Notes under the pieces: model-generated
Told to the model about the DNA's origin: nothing
What the model saw: the letters and a program-made list of their open reading frames with translations, nothing else
Databases searched by the model: none
Assembly (NCBI GenBank): GCA_013265495.1
Contig: MU058285.1
Location: forward strand, 1-64,000
Source: Vicugna vicugna
Taxonomy: Eukaryota
Direction: 5' to 3'
Length of the DNA stretch: 64,000 nucleotides
In this document: positions 12,216 through 24,934 of the stretch, piece after piece
Position numbering within the stretch: the stretch's first letter is position 1
Layout: each line of letters begins with the position of its first letter
Made by a program: the position numbers and the translations under genes

Positions 12216-13601
12216 CTGTTAGCATCATGAATTGATTAGAAAGAGGATTAGAAAACTGAAATAATAAAACCCATTTTATATTGTTTCTGTACAAAAGAAA
12301 TGCAATCAAGAGAAAGGAAGTGTGATTGAAAAGTGCCTTGTTCAAGTATATACAGAATAAATGTTTCTAAATTAGATGAAAATAGGTGTTTCAGTTCCCA
12401 TTTCCTATTAGTCTAGGAAAGTGAGACATATCTGTATACAAAGAAAAACAGGTTAGACTATGGGATAGGCTAAAACCCATCAGATTACAAATCAGATTTT
12501 TATTTTAATATCAGTAAATTTTTAAAAGGAAAGAGAGAGCAATGAAGCTGATCTTTACTCCTATGTAAAAAGCAAATCTTCCCATACTATTTGTCATAGT
12601 TTTGGAAAGTTGAAAACTGTTTTTTTTTTTAATATTCTTAGCAAGATTCTGCTCAAATTTAACAATAAGAAACCATCTTTCCCCCACAGGACAGCTGTTA
12701 GCCATTAAAATATTGAACTTTGAACTTCAGTCTTTAAAACATGTGCAAATATTTATATATCTGCAACTTAGGAAAAATATTTTCCCAACACTGCTTCACA
12801 AAAACATCTAGTCTCTGCATTATTTTTCTATTATTTTAACATTTCAGGTGTCTCTTAGATGACAGTGGAATCTTCTAGCTTACTGATTGTGTCCAGCCAA
12901 AATCTGAGGTGGCTTAGCGGCTACAGGTTACTCAGTCAAAACTGACTACTAGGTGTTTGACTGCTCCGTTTTTAGGGTGTATTCTGATTATAGATTCATT
13001 TATTTCTAAATAATTATGAAATATCATGTCATCAATTGAAAAATGGCACTTTAATTTGAAATAGAAATTTTAAAATCACCTGATAATCTTGATCTGACTA
13101 AAGAGTCAAGAGAGATAGTCTGTTTAGAACCTGTCACTTTACACAATTATTAAACATTCTGGAATGTCTACGAGAGGCCAGAAACTATGTTAAGACATAA
13201 GCTTAAAGATAACATGAAATAATCCGAGTTCCTAAGCAGCTGAGAATAAATTATAGTAATATTGCATCATAAGTGCTATGTTTGTAGAGGATGTCATTGG
13301 AATAGAGGGAGAGACAGAACAAGGGTATTTAGCGTTGTCCTGGTACAGAGGTAAGGACACACATCTAAGTAAAGATGACAGTCCGATATTTGAAGGCTGA
13401 GTATTTGTTATGGCTAAAGGCCAAACTCAAGTTAATCTTTTCCATGCTGGAAGAGGCACTGACACATTTACACATGGGTTTTGTCTAGATCTGGGCGCCT
13501 TTCCTTCAGATTCCCTCTCCTCTTGATTAGTCTTCCTGCTTACCTTTGATCACAAAATTACCTAATTTCAAAACTGACAGGTCTTTTTGCCATCATGTAT
13601 C

Positions 13602-13772
13602 CCAATGGCTCTCGCATTTGTTGTGCATCAGGATTACCTGGGTGAACTGGTAAAACATAGATTGCTGAGCCCCACCCAGTGTTTTTGATTCAATACATCT
13701 GGGGTGGAGATCAGCAACTTACGTTTTTAAGTTCCCATAAGATGCTGATGCTACTAGTCCATGGGCCACACT
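13602..13772. mobile_element. MER5A (hAT-Charlie)
   Basis: gcatcaggattacctgg..aaaacatagattgctgagccccaccc..tctggggtgg..gatgctgatgctactagtccatgggccacact. Confidence 0.8.
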
Positions 13773-13777
13773 CAGCT

Positions 13778-13936
13778 GATCAGCAGAGTCAGCTGGGAAT
13801 GTTTTAAAAATATCTGGACTCCTGGGGTCCACTTCTAGATTCAAATTTAGTAGAGCTTGGGTGAAAACAAGGGATCTGTGTTTTTAATCTATCTCCCCAG
13901 GTGATTCTGATCATTAGTGAAGTTTGGGATCCACTG
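13778..13936. mobile_element. MER5-family (MER5B-like) hAT element
   Basis: gatctgtgtttttaa..ctccccaggtgattctgat..aagtttgggatccactg. Confidence 0.7.
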
Positions 13937-14404
13937 ACACAGTCCAGTTCTCTCATTCCACAAATGATAAAATTGTGATGTAGAAAAGTAATGACAATTC
14001 ACCAAAAAATACACAACTAGCAAGGAGTAGAGAAAGTTCTTTGTCCTACTATACATCAATTTCTTTTCCGTTCAAGAAACCATAATGAGAATGTGTTCTT
14101 TACTGAATGAGTCAATACTCTTGTTGTAATATTCAATGATTTCCAAAATCTCTTCCTTTTAACAAATTATCCTGATAGTTAGCCTCAGATACAATTAGAC
14201 CACCCCAAATCAATAAGCAGGAGGGCTTGGGTGGGCTCAGATTAGAATAAAGCTCAGTACTCTCTTTCAAGAAACTTCCAGACGAGTAGCAGACATCACA
14301 TTCCCAAGCTTGCACAAATGTACATCCACACATAATGGTAATAAAAGAGATTTATAGTAAATGCTATTGAAGAAGTATGAAATATCAGAGCAACTTCAGT
14401 ACGA

Positions 14405-14910
14405 TGAAACAAATATTTACATAGATCTACTTGCCAGACACTGCGCCATCTTTTCAGGGTTGCAAGAAGTATTAAGGACCTAGTTTTCTACCGAAGGAAA
14501 TCGTAACACAACTATGCAAAACAACTATGCAATTGACTCTATACCGAGACGTGATTAATCTATAAAAATGGCATGAGTAAAATGCTATCAGAAGAACAGA
14601 AGTGGGAGTGATGAATTCAGCTGCAATATGTGGAAATGTCCACAGGAAGCGTGATAGAAAAGGCATTTACAGATTTACACATTGTGTTTAGATTTCAGTA
14701 CTTTTCCTTTAGTTTTTCTTCTTGGTTTGTTTTTTCTTGGCCGGGTGAAGGAGAGGACAGAGCAAAAGCTGGGAGGTGAACCTGTGACATGGACTTTTCC
14801 AAAAATAGATCATGGACTGACAGGGCAAGAACACAAAACATGTGGACTCAGAACAGTATTCATGAAGGTGAATTTGAGCTAGGCTTTGAAAAATGTGCAT
14901 AGAATTTGGT
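14405..14910 (-). mobile_element. L2 3' fragments
   Basis: aacaaatatttacatagatctacttgccagacactg (L2 3' end, antisense) and gaaggtgaatttgagctaggctttgaa. Confidence 0.55.
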
Positions 14911-16609
14911 AAATAATACTAAGTTTTGCACATATTATTAATTATACTGTTTTTTAATGAATTATTTCCCCTTTATTTCCAAACTACAGAAAAATTTACT
15001 GTTTCCTTAGGATCAAATCAAGTCCCTTAAAAATTACTACACTGGTTTTTGTCAACACTTTCTAAGCACCACAGTTACCTCTGTGTTTAAAACAAACAAA
15101 CAAACAAACAAAAAACAGATCGCCTGGCCCCAGTTAAGAGATTTTGATCCGGGAGATTTCAACTTAGGATGCCTGATGTGAAACACTGGTATTTCTACCT
15201 GGTAGTTTTTCATAGCTCATTCTGATCTGAACCACTGGCCTTCTGAATGCCCAAATTTAGGATGAGTTAAATGGATAATTGCTGAATTGAATGTTTCTCT
15301 GCAATCTAAATGCTTAGGTAAGTTGTCTTCACAATTTTCTTTGTTCCAGGAAGATAGTTTTAAAGTACATACCTTAAGGTCCTAAGAGGCCAAATCAGGG
15401 AAGAATAACCTACACAAACATTTTGCGAATAAAGAAACTCAATCTATTTGTTTGCTCATGTCCACATGCCTGCCTCCATAGAGAAATAACATTCTGCTAT
15501 ACTAGTTTGTACTATAACCGAATAAGAATTCTAAATGTACCTGATTTTAAAGTCAAGAATATTCACTTGGGCTCTAAGATGAATTTTAATTCATCATCCA
15601 AATTGAATCAAATTATTCCAATTGCATAAATGTTACAGATAACCTCAGAAAATAAACATGTCTCATTGACCCCTATTGGGTATTGAAGAATTACTCATTG
15701 CTGAATAGCGCTGCATTTCTAGAGTCTGCTTTTGACACTCACTCACATTAGTCAGAGAGCTTTGTGTGGGTGGATGTAATGTGGTTAGAGCAGTTGCTGG
15801 TGATTGTTTTTCTTAGACCATTTAGCAAGCATTTTTACTGAATACGGTTTTAATTACCTGTATGTCCTCACAGGTCACAAAGAATGCATCACTTCAAAAT
15901 ATAAATAAAATATTTTTTATTTCCAAGACACGATGTTCTGAAGAGTCAAGTCCCAGAGCTGTCCATTTAACTAGCTCTTGCTGGATTCAGATTTTCTTAT
16001 TAGGCTTTCCATTAGCTCAATACTCAAGATCAATGCAGTTACGACTAAAAGAATTGCGTTTTCTCATGGACAAAACATGTGACCTTGGAGGGCAAAGCAA
16101 AAGGAATTCACAATATGATGACATTTTCAAATATTTTAAAATTATTCTTTTTCTGATATTATACTCCCTAACCCTCCAGTCTTTCAATGAGAGGAAATTT
16201 AAGTATAAATGATACACAAAGATGAATATTTTTGGATTTATTTAAAAATAGAGTGTCAAAGGCTATTCCAAAGAATAGTATTTATAAGCTGTGTCAATGT
16301 AAATCCTTCCTCTTCTGCTCATAGTGTGTACCATTTCACCTTACTGTGTAAAAAATTTATGTGTATCAGGTATATTTCAATGTCATGTTTTTAAAAATGA
16401 GATTTAGTATGGCCTTTATATTTTAAAATCAACATAGGTATAAATTAATAAAATGTAAGGTATTTTATAAAGTGACAATAATAGGCAATATTGTTATATA
16501 TAAACATGAATTATTACCTGATACGTGTGTGGTGATGAGGATTGAAAAATAATGGAAGAAGTGTATTCTGATCCAACTCAGGTAATTTATTAGGAACAGC
16601 TAATTTGAT

Positions 16610-16770
16610 ACTTCCCACCACTCTAGAGTAGATATTATCATCTCTACCTTACAAATGAAGAATTTAAGGTAGAGAGTTTAAGTAATTTAACTCGATTGAA
16701 TAAGTGGCAGAGCTGGCATTTGAACCTAGGTGATCAACTCTGGGATTTCTGATCTTAAACATCACACTAT
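16610..16770 (-). mobile_element. MIR SINE
   Basis: tattatcatctctaccttacaaatgaagaa..taagtggcagagctggcatttgaacctagg, the antisense MIR core. Confidence 0.8.
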
Positions 16771-17054
16771 AGTGAGAGAAGAATTTGCACATACAACTCT
16801 TAACATCATGATTCATGCTTGGAGTAAGAAAGTGCCTTATCAGACAAAAAGGTAAATTCTGCAGTTATGTAACAAACATTTTAATACTCTGCCTGCTACA
16901 TAAGAAAGTTCATTTGCTAAAGTAGAAAAAAGCATTTAAAATTTTGAAAATAAATAAAAGATATTGCCCAAGAATTTCTAATATAGTGGAAGGAACATTG
17001 AACTTCGGATCAGGAATTTTGAACTCTAGACCCATCTCTGTCTTCGTCTAGGTA

Positions 17055-17621
17055 TCTGTGCAACAAAGCATCCTGGGACACAGGTGGTGAACTCACAGGG
17101 GTGTCTTAAGGTATTTTAATATTTTTCAAGGGAAATGCAGTGACAGCTGACATATGTTGGATATTGCACAAACTATTAGTTCAAGATAGCTCACAGTTTT
17201 TACACTATGTCCCACTATATTCCCTTCAATTACATCTTAATTTTGTGAAGCCGAGGTTTCAAGAATCACTGTGGTAAAAAGCAAGCACATGAGCATCATC
17301 GTGGAGCAGGAAATGCAGGTGGCTATATACAGCCTGATCCTAAGGTCTAAGAAATCACTCAGTGCCTAGAGGGAGCATATATCCCAATAATCAGTAATTG
17401 TGGTTAAGAATGAAGTAAAGGTGCTACTTTTAATCAATTAGCATGTGTGATTTTGTTTAAAAGTCTACTGACTTGCTAGAGCATAAATAATTTATTAAGT
17501 TGTTTACATGTAATTATTTAATAAACAGAACTGGTAGGTATTTATTTTGTCCTAGGAACATCATGAAAAATTTGCTGCAGACCTAAGGGCTCCATAAACT
17601 GAGGAACTTTAAGAAACTCTG
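17055..17621 (+). mobile_element. MER119-like hAT-Charlie element with transposase C-terminal remnant
   Basis: gaactcacaggggtg.., tgtgaagccgaggtttc..aaaaagcaag..ggagcaggaaatgcaggtggc (hAT 'CEAGFS..KSK..EMRVA' region). Ends aagaaactctg. Confidence 0.75.
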
Positions 17622-18593
17622 GAGTCCAAGTGTGGTTTTAGGTATAGTGAAATTTTTGTTATACCTTCAGCTTTCTCATCTGAGAAGATCTCAAATTCTA
17701 GTCTAATTGTATCAGGTAATCATTCTATAACAAGACAGAGGGTAATTTAGGCAACTTTGAGAATCCCACTCTTCATTCACCTGTAGTGCTTAAATGCCAT
17801 CTTAAACTGGGAAAACTTAATGATTTTCTAATGTGTTTTAAAACCACATCTTTTAAAATAAATTAACTGTTGGATGTAAATGAGTTAATTATTTTACAAA
17901 TATGTCTCACCTAACTCCTTAATCTATAGAACGTGTGTTTTTTTTTTTTTTTGATGTTGTTGTGTTTTTGGCATTCAGGTGTTTTCTCCACCTGTTAACA
18001 CATTGAGTTAGAAAATTCCCAGAGTCAGTGAAAATCTGTACTTTGTAAATAGTAGAAAATCTAGAGGGCTTGAACTACCTAAGAAAATATTGTTGAATGA
18101 AAATTTCAAATCAAAAGCAAGTAGTCCACTGATTTCAATAAAAATTCTAAGTAATACCCACACCACAAATGCATTCTTTTATATTGCCAACTTACACAAG
18201 GAAATGACCTTTTAGAAAATATTCAAATATGTGTCTACAAAAAATAAGACTTGTTATGTGGAAAAGTTATTAGATTCTTATTAAGCTGATTGATTCTTCA
18301 TTTGCGGTACAATAGGTTTGTATTTACTTGGTTGATATTTTGGGGGGTGTTTTTGTCTAAAAACATGAGCCAAAATAGGTGTTATGTTACATCCTGAAGA
18401 TGAACACATTTGATTTTATTGGCAATACTTAAAAGAAAGAAAATTGCTAAATATTTGTGAGATATTCATATCCCTGGGTTAGTGACTTCAGAAATACAGA
18501 AAGAAACCTTTTATTTTGGGCAACTTTGTAGTGGCAGAATGGCTCTGTGAATGGAGTGTGAGCTCTTGAATAACATTTGATTAATGAGTGTTC

Positions 18594-18832
18594 ACCTCCA
18601 ACAAGGTAAGTGTTATTTTCTATTCGGCAACTTTATCTTTATATGAATGGGAAAGTGTTATACCCTTAAAGGTCAGCGCATTGAGAGTGGGCTAGCCTGT
18701 ATATTTCAGGCTGCAGGCAACATTCATTTACAAAGGATGCAGAACCAGCAAGACTATGCACAGGAAACAGCACAGGACTAGAGACAAAGGAACAGATCTA
18801 ATATGAAGTCAGATTGGTTCTTCCCTGTTACA
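18594..18832 (-). mobile_element. ERV1-type LTR fragment
   Basis: Aligns to 58950-59150 (tgaatggRaaa..taaaggtcag..cctgtatatttcaggct). Ends ttccctgttaca. Confidence 0.8.
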
Positions 18833-19274
18833 TTAACACCTATTTCTTTAAACGCAGTTATAAGTTACAGCAAGAAAGTGAAATGATGAGATTTGTAGTA
18901 TGAAAGATTTTCTACAATTTGAAAATAGCTTTTAAATCTAAAGTTTGTATTAGGTTTCTGTTTACCTGACATATATTTAAAGAATGTTTACAAATATTTC
19001 TGTAGTAAATGAGGAGAGTGAATAAATGGTCCTGTTTAGAAGTTAATTTTTACCTTTAACGATGGAGCCCGTCTTTAGCTCATGCTCTGGAAGAAAGTTC
19101 TCTCATACCAAAAAGGGCATAAAGTACTCCATCTGTTGGCAAAGATGTGAAGCTTGTTGATTTCATACAGAGATTTCAGCTGCCAAGAACACAGTACCAT
19201 CGGAGAGAAATAGCTGCAACATCATAATGCTATTTACTTGCACAAGAAAAGCAGACAGCCAGCATTTTTTAGAA

Positions 19275-19453
19275 CAAGGCTTTCGAACCTTAATATCATG
19301 GATAAATAGCACCTCCAGCATCTTATGAAACTGTAGATTCCAGTTCAGATCCAGGGATTCCAAAGATTCTGAGGTGGTGAGATTCTGAGATTCTTGTGAG
19401 GTCCAAGGGATATGGTGTGGTTGGTCTCTGAATCATGCTTTGCACAGCAAGGT
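19275..19453. mobile_element. MER5-family hAT fragment
   Basis: cttatgaaactgtagattcc..agattctga..ggttggtctctgaatcatgctttgcacagcaagg. Confidence 0.5.
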
Positions 19454-20589
19454 TGTAGAGCCTTTTGGGAAGGAGCAAAGACCACTATGGAAATCACCTT
19501 ATAAAAACATGGTTCTTAACACATTACTTTGAGTAAGCACTTAAGTGAAAACCAAAAATTTTATTGTGAATACTAATAAGAAACAAGAAAAGGAGCCTCA
19601 ATAAAGAATGAGTGGGATATGTTGTTATCACCATCTCTTTAATGAAAAGTATGTTTTAATTAGAATTCTCTGTGTATACTTTCTAGTCAGGTGTAGAGTA
19701 CGAATATATGGTAAAAAATATTGCTTACATTATAATGTATAAGTTTGCTTATTCTCAATAAGTCATTTTTGTTTAAAGAATATCTAAAATTATGTTTTAT
19801 ATACATTAGCAATACCACCAGTTTGGCTCTATTTTTGGAATCAAGTTCTGGTGCCCAGAATGGGAAAAACTGGGTGAGTCTGTAAGTCTGAAATCATTCT
19901 TTAAAAGCTATACTACTAATAAAAAATGATTAGGAGAAAAACCTTCAATTACTGATTACATCCTATGCACTAGAATCATACTGGGAGCTTTGGTTAATCT
20001 TAGCTCAGGAAAACATCTGCCCATCTTAAGTGACTACGGTATAATCTTCTAGAATGTTACTAGAGGAGACAGTATGTTAGAAAACAAAATCCCATATGTC
20101 CAAAACCTTAAAACCCTTTATTCTCTTGCCATGCAGCAAACTGATGTTGGCATAGATAAGAATGGCTAAAATAATTTAGTCAAATTTAATGTTAAAACTA
20201 TGATATTTAATTACCTGGCACATGCAAGAGGGACTTTTTTTTTTCATCTGATGCTGATTTAGCAAACTTCAAAATGAACATGGTATGTCATGGCAATTAC
20301 ACTATTTCTGCCAGGGTGCATGCAAATTCTTTAGATATCTGGTCTCAATTTGACAGTCTTTTGAATTTTATGTATCTTCTGTGCACCATCAGCTGACATC
20401 ACCGTTTTAAGACATCCGATACTCAGATTGGCAGTGTTTCTACCATATTTCACTCATAAAAAGAAATCTTGACTGGGGAATAAATGTATTCCCTGGAGCC
20501 ATTAATGAGATATTGTGTGAATCAATGAGAAAAATAAAAACACCTGGCTAAATTAATTTATGAGCATAATCTACTAATATTGAATGGCA

Positions 20590-20868
20590 GCCAAGCATTC
20601 CTCAGTGTCCCTCAAAACACCAGTTCCATGTGATTTAATAGGTATTCTGCCAAAAACTGTGGTCATATAAGTTTGGGAAAAACTAGGTTTAACTAAATTA
20701 AACCTGGGGTATTTTTTCCAAGACTTCTCATAATATACTAATGTATTTTGTGATTCCTTAATTTTGTATACTTTCCCAAGCTTTTTTGAACGAAAAAACA
20801 ACTTTCAAAGAAAACATGACAATTCTGAGAAACCAGGTTCCATAGAGCTCTAGTTGGGAAAACTTGGT
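20590..20868. mobile_element. hAT-Charlie MITE fragment (MER103/MER112-like)
   Basis: aacaccagttccatg..aagtttgggaaaaact..tttcccaagct..ccatagagc..gttgggaaaact. Confidence 0.55.
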
Positions 20869-20870
20869 CT

Positions 20871-21058
20871 CAGTCAATGTTTTTCAAAGGCTCGTCTCCT
20901 GATCAGCGACATAAGCATTAGCTTGGAAATTATTGGAAATGTAAATTCTTGTGTGCTACCTTAGACCTGAATCAGAAACTATTGGGTTGGAGCCCAGAAC
21001 TCTGTGTTTTAACAAGCCTTCCAAGTGCTTCTAATGCATACTAAAATTGAGCACCATT
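20871..21058. mobile_element. MER5A
   Basis: gaaatgtaaattcttg..agacctgaatcagaaact..tctgtgttttaacaagccttccaagtgcttctaatgcatactaaaattgagcacca. Confidence 0.8.
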
Positions 21059-21514
21059 AATCTAGGAGAAACTTACGTCTTGAATTTAAAGACCAATGTT
21101 GTTGATGGCTTAATATCTATAATATGGTGGTTTGCCTTCAAAGGATTGGTGTTTTAAAATAGGTTGAAAGCCATTACTTCATCTTGACTTTGGAAGGAGC
21201 TCTATATGACTTCTCAGTTCTCAGAATTGGATCAATGGGATGTATTAAGATGTGTTCAGATGAATCAGAAGATTTCTTTGATTCTTTAAGTAACTGGTCT
21301 CTGTTCCATGTGGAATGAATGAATGAATGAGGAGATCTTATTTCTTTAGGTAGGACATGAGAGGAGGATGACATTATGGAAAAAGAGACATAAATGCTTT
21401 ACTGTGGGCTGTGAGAAACAGCTTTCACACCAGGTCCAAATTTACCTGGTAAGGGTAAAGAAGGTGAACTAGACTGACAATGTAAAGTGTGTGTAGTTAA
21501 GCATCACTTATAGG

Positions 21515-21665
21515 GTAACTGAGAGCATGAACTCTGGGTCGAGATTGTTTGGGTTTGAAATCCAACTGTAAGTTGGGCAAATTTTAATTTCTATGCTTCA
21601 GTTTTCTTGTCTGTAAAATGGGGGTAATGACAGTACACTAAAAAGATGAAATAAATGATGTAATG
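21515..21665 (+). mobile_element. MIR SINE
   Basis: gagagcatgaactctgg..gggtttgaaatcc..ttgggcaaatt..cttcagttttcttgtctgtaaaatgggggtaatgacagtac. Confidence 0.8.
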
Positions 21666-21676
21666 TATTTTTAAAT

Positions 21677-22072
21677 TTTGGTATATATATATATTTTTGA
21701 AGTATAGTCAGTTTACAATGTTGTGTTAATTTCTGGTATACAGCATAAGGCTTCAGTTATACATGAACATACATGTATTTGTCTTCATATTCTTTTTCAC
21801 TGTAAGTTACTACAAGATATTGAATATAGTTCCTTGTGCTAGACAGTAGAGCCTTGTTTATCTATTTTACATGTAGTAGTTAGTACCTGAAAATCTTGAA
21901 CTCCCAATTTATCCCCCCCCCAATCCCCTTACCACTCTGGTAACAGTAAGTTTTTTTTCTATGTTTGTGAGTCTGTTTCTGTTTTGTAAATAAATTCATT
22001 TGTCTTTTTTTTAAGATTCCATATACAAATGATATATGCTATGTTTCTTTCTCTTTCTGGCCTACTTCTCTC
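21677..22072 (-). mobile_element. L1 3' end (cetartiodactyl/camelid type)
   Basis: ttgaagtatagtcagtttacaatgttgtg..ctacaagatattgaatatagttcc..tgtgagtctgtttctgttttgtaaataa. Possible TSD atttttaaat. Confidence 0.88.
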
Positions 22073-22144
22073 AGATTTTTTTAAATAACAGATGAGAGAT
22101 AAGGGAATAGCTTTCTGGAGCCACCATATTTTTATTTGCCTAAT

Positions 22145-22365
22145 AAACTGTTGAATAATGTTTACTATGTAGCAGCTAAGTGCTTTATACATATTAACCC
22201 ATTCGATTTTTATAATCAGTCATCCATGGGGTCAGCATCCTGGCTCTGATATTCACAACTTATACAACTGCTAATGCCTCTGGGTGTCAGTGTTCTCATC
22301 AGTAACACTGTGATAAAGATAGTCTTCTCAAAGTGTTTTGTGAAGATTAAATATGATTTGTAAAG
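22145..22365. mobile_element. MIR fragments
   Basis: tttactatgt..ctaagtgctttatacatatta and ctctgggtgtcagtgttctcatcagtaa..tgtgaagattaaat. Confidence 0.6.
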
Positions 22366-23544
22366 ATCTCAAATGGCACTTAAAGATTTGGGAAGCTGGT
22401 GGAAGAGAAAACTTTACACCATGACTCTTTTTCCTAACACAGTTTTCCAAAGGGGAAGTCGGCCAGCCAGAGCAGGAAATGTGAAGACAATATAAATAAA
22501 CTTTAGAATTCTGATATTATGTGAGAATGAACTTTTATTACCTTAAAAAAGACTTATAGTGACCAGGAAAGCTATAAATACTGCCCCAAATTTTATCTAA
22601 AGATGACAGCAAATCTTGGAGCAGAGCTGCAAGAAACAAAACTGCTTTCTTTTCCAACTCACCCAGTAAGTATTAGGTTACAATTGAATTAATTAAATTC
22701 TTATTTAATTTTCAATTTCTCACAGTCAGAGAATAAGATAAATATTATTTATTATAAGTTTTGAAGTGTTAGAGGTGAGAGAAACAAAGCTGGGAGCAAG
22801 AGTCATGCGACGTGCAGAAAATTAGCCCTAGTTTTGAAAACTGACATCTTTCTTTCTTTGCTACCAGGGGTTGAAACTTATTCCCATGGATACTATGTCA
22901 ATATCAGATACATTCATGATGTGTTCATAATATAAGTTACTGGACTAACGGAAATTCTAGCTTTTCCTGGGTTAATACAAAAGCCATGCTAAGAAGTTGC
23001 TATCATAATTCAGGAATGAGAGATAAGTACCCAATCAAAGGTATAACTAATTAAAAAAAAGAAAGGAAGAAATATATCTGAGAGAGATTTTCAAGAAAAA
23101 TTACATAGTCAGTTAACTGATCAAGGGATGAAGAGGAAGAAATCGTCCAAAATTTCAAGATATCACAGTTAATTACATAACAATGTCTGCTTTACTCAAT
23201 TAATGTACAAGAAAAATAAATTTGCTTCTGTAACAACTTACTTTATATTTCCTGTCACTATTAAGTGATGGAGGACTTTGTAGTGCCAGGGGCTTAGGGG
23301 CTGGGGATTAGGCGAAGTGGGATCTGGTTCTTGGTCAACATCGATTGGTTCTCGCATTTGCAAAGACAACATTCCTACATGATCTTTGCCCAGTAACTGT
23401 TATTCCCATTTCTTTTACAGGAAGGACCACCAGGGCTAATAGGGCTCACTGCCACATCCATACTGCTCTAGATAACATAGAAAACTGAACTTTGCTGCCT
23501 CCATGAAGCACAGCAGGGTGCACAGAGACCCGTAAGACTCGGTA

Positions 23545-23965
23545 CTCATAAGGGCGCCTACAAGAAACAAATGGCACACTCAAATTCATGTATTTCAGGG
23601 AGAGTTTATTTACATGGGAATCAACTACAAAAATGTGGTGAGTGTAAGGGACCACAAGGGACAGTCCAGGTTCACAGAGTTTGCTGCAGACCCTAAAAAT
23701 GAAGGGAGAGAGGCCACCAGAACCTACAAGGAGAGACAGTTAGGAAGTGAAGGCTAACTAGGAAGGAGCAGTGATCATTTAGGGAATGCAACTGACCTGA
23801 GACAGTGAAGGGCTTTCAAAGAATAAATATCCCGATATGACTCCTTTCTCTCATTTTCTTCTGCAGGACTCATTAGCCAAATCACCCTGGAAGCCAGTAG
23901 GAAGAGAGCAGAATAGATAACAGAGAAGAGGGGATCTGGACGGGCAGATGGCGGTGTCTGGTATG
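23545..23965 (-). mobile_element. LTR33-like (ERVL) LTR
   Basis: gaaacaaatggcacactcaaatt..ggagagtttatt..agggaccacaagggacagt..ctggaagccag..ggatctggacgggcagatgg. Confidence 0.75.
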
Positions 23966-24934
23966 AGGTATCAGATACGTCTTCCGAGATATAATTTTTG
24001 CCAATTTCTTCTCCGTTGATTTAATACTATGCTGAGTACTAGGTTTTTGTTTGTTTCTCATCCTACATTTATCATTTTTCTAGGCTCTATTGGAGACAAG
24101 AGCCCTTTCCTCTTAAATCCTCTGAAACTGAGGTTCCTTCCCTGGGGTCTTTCTGTTAAGGGTGGTTCATTTCTTCTTAGAGAAAAACAAATATTTAAAG
24201 CACTTGCACAGTGCTCTGTTAGCTTTCTTCACCCTCTCCCGTTAAAGCTTTTATTTCTAGTTGGTTCTTATTATCCCCATCTGATGATTATTAAAAAGTA
24301 AGAATGCATCAATTAGCTCCAGATTCATACATTACAATGACACCAGAGAAACATGACAGGGTTGAACAAAACAAAGCCAGAGTGGTGACAGAGGTGGGGG
24401 CTCTGAATAGATGCTTCATGGGAAGCAGGGCCTTCAACTCAAAACATCTGAGTACAATCAATCTTAGATCTGGAATTTAAAAACTCTTTGGCTTCAGAGA
24501 TGTGCAGATTTAAACCCTGGGCTTGCGCACTGGGTCTGCACTGAATTTAAGCAAGTATCTTATTCTTCATTCTTACTCCCTACCACTCCTTTCCCGTCAA
24601 AGATCTCTTAATTTGGGTGGTTGCCAAAACCACACGTTCTCTATGTTTGGGACCCAGAGTCATCTCTCAGTTCCTTTTAGTTCTTCAATGTCCAACAGTA
24701 AAAATTAACAGAACACTCTAGGAATCAGAAGGAACAACAGTGGGGAGTGAGCTCTAAGAATAAAAACCTACCAGGAATGAAGGTTTGTATTCGTCTAACA
24801 GGAAAATAATTCAGTCTAGCGTGTGTCCTGCTTGAGAACAAAAGAAGCAATGAATGGATAGTGGAATAGGAAAATGATAATATCAGCTATGGCTTTGCTT
24901 TATTGCACATTGATGACAGTGATTGTGCCACAGT

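Noticed and set aside
23421..23460. Collagen-like GPP-GLI-GLT directly after a strong acceptor
   Set aside because: Only three Gly-X-Y triplets, then the periodicity breaks and a stop follows; no donor at collagen-exon spacing.
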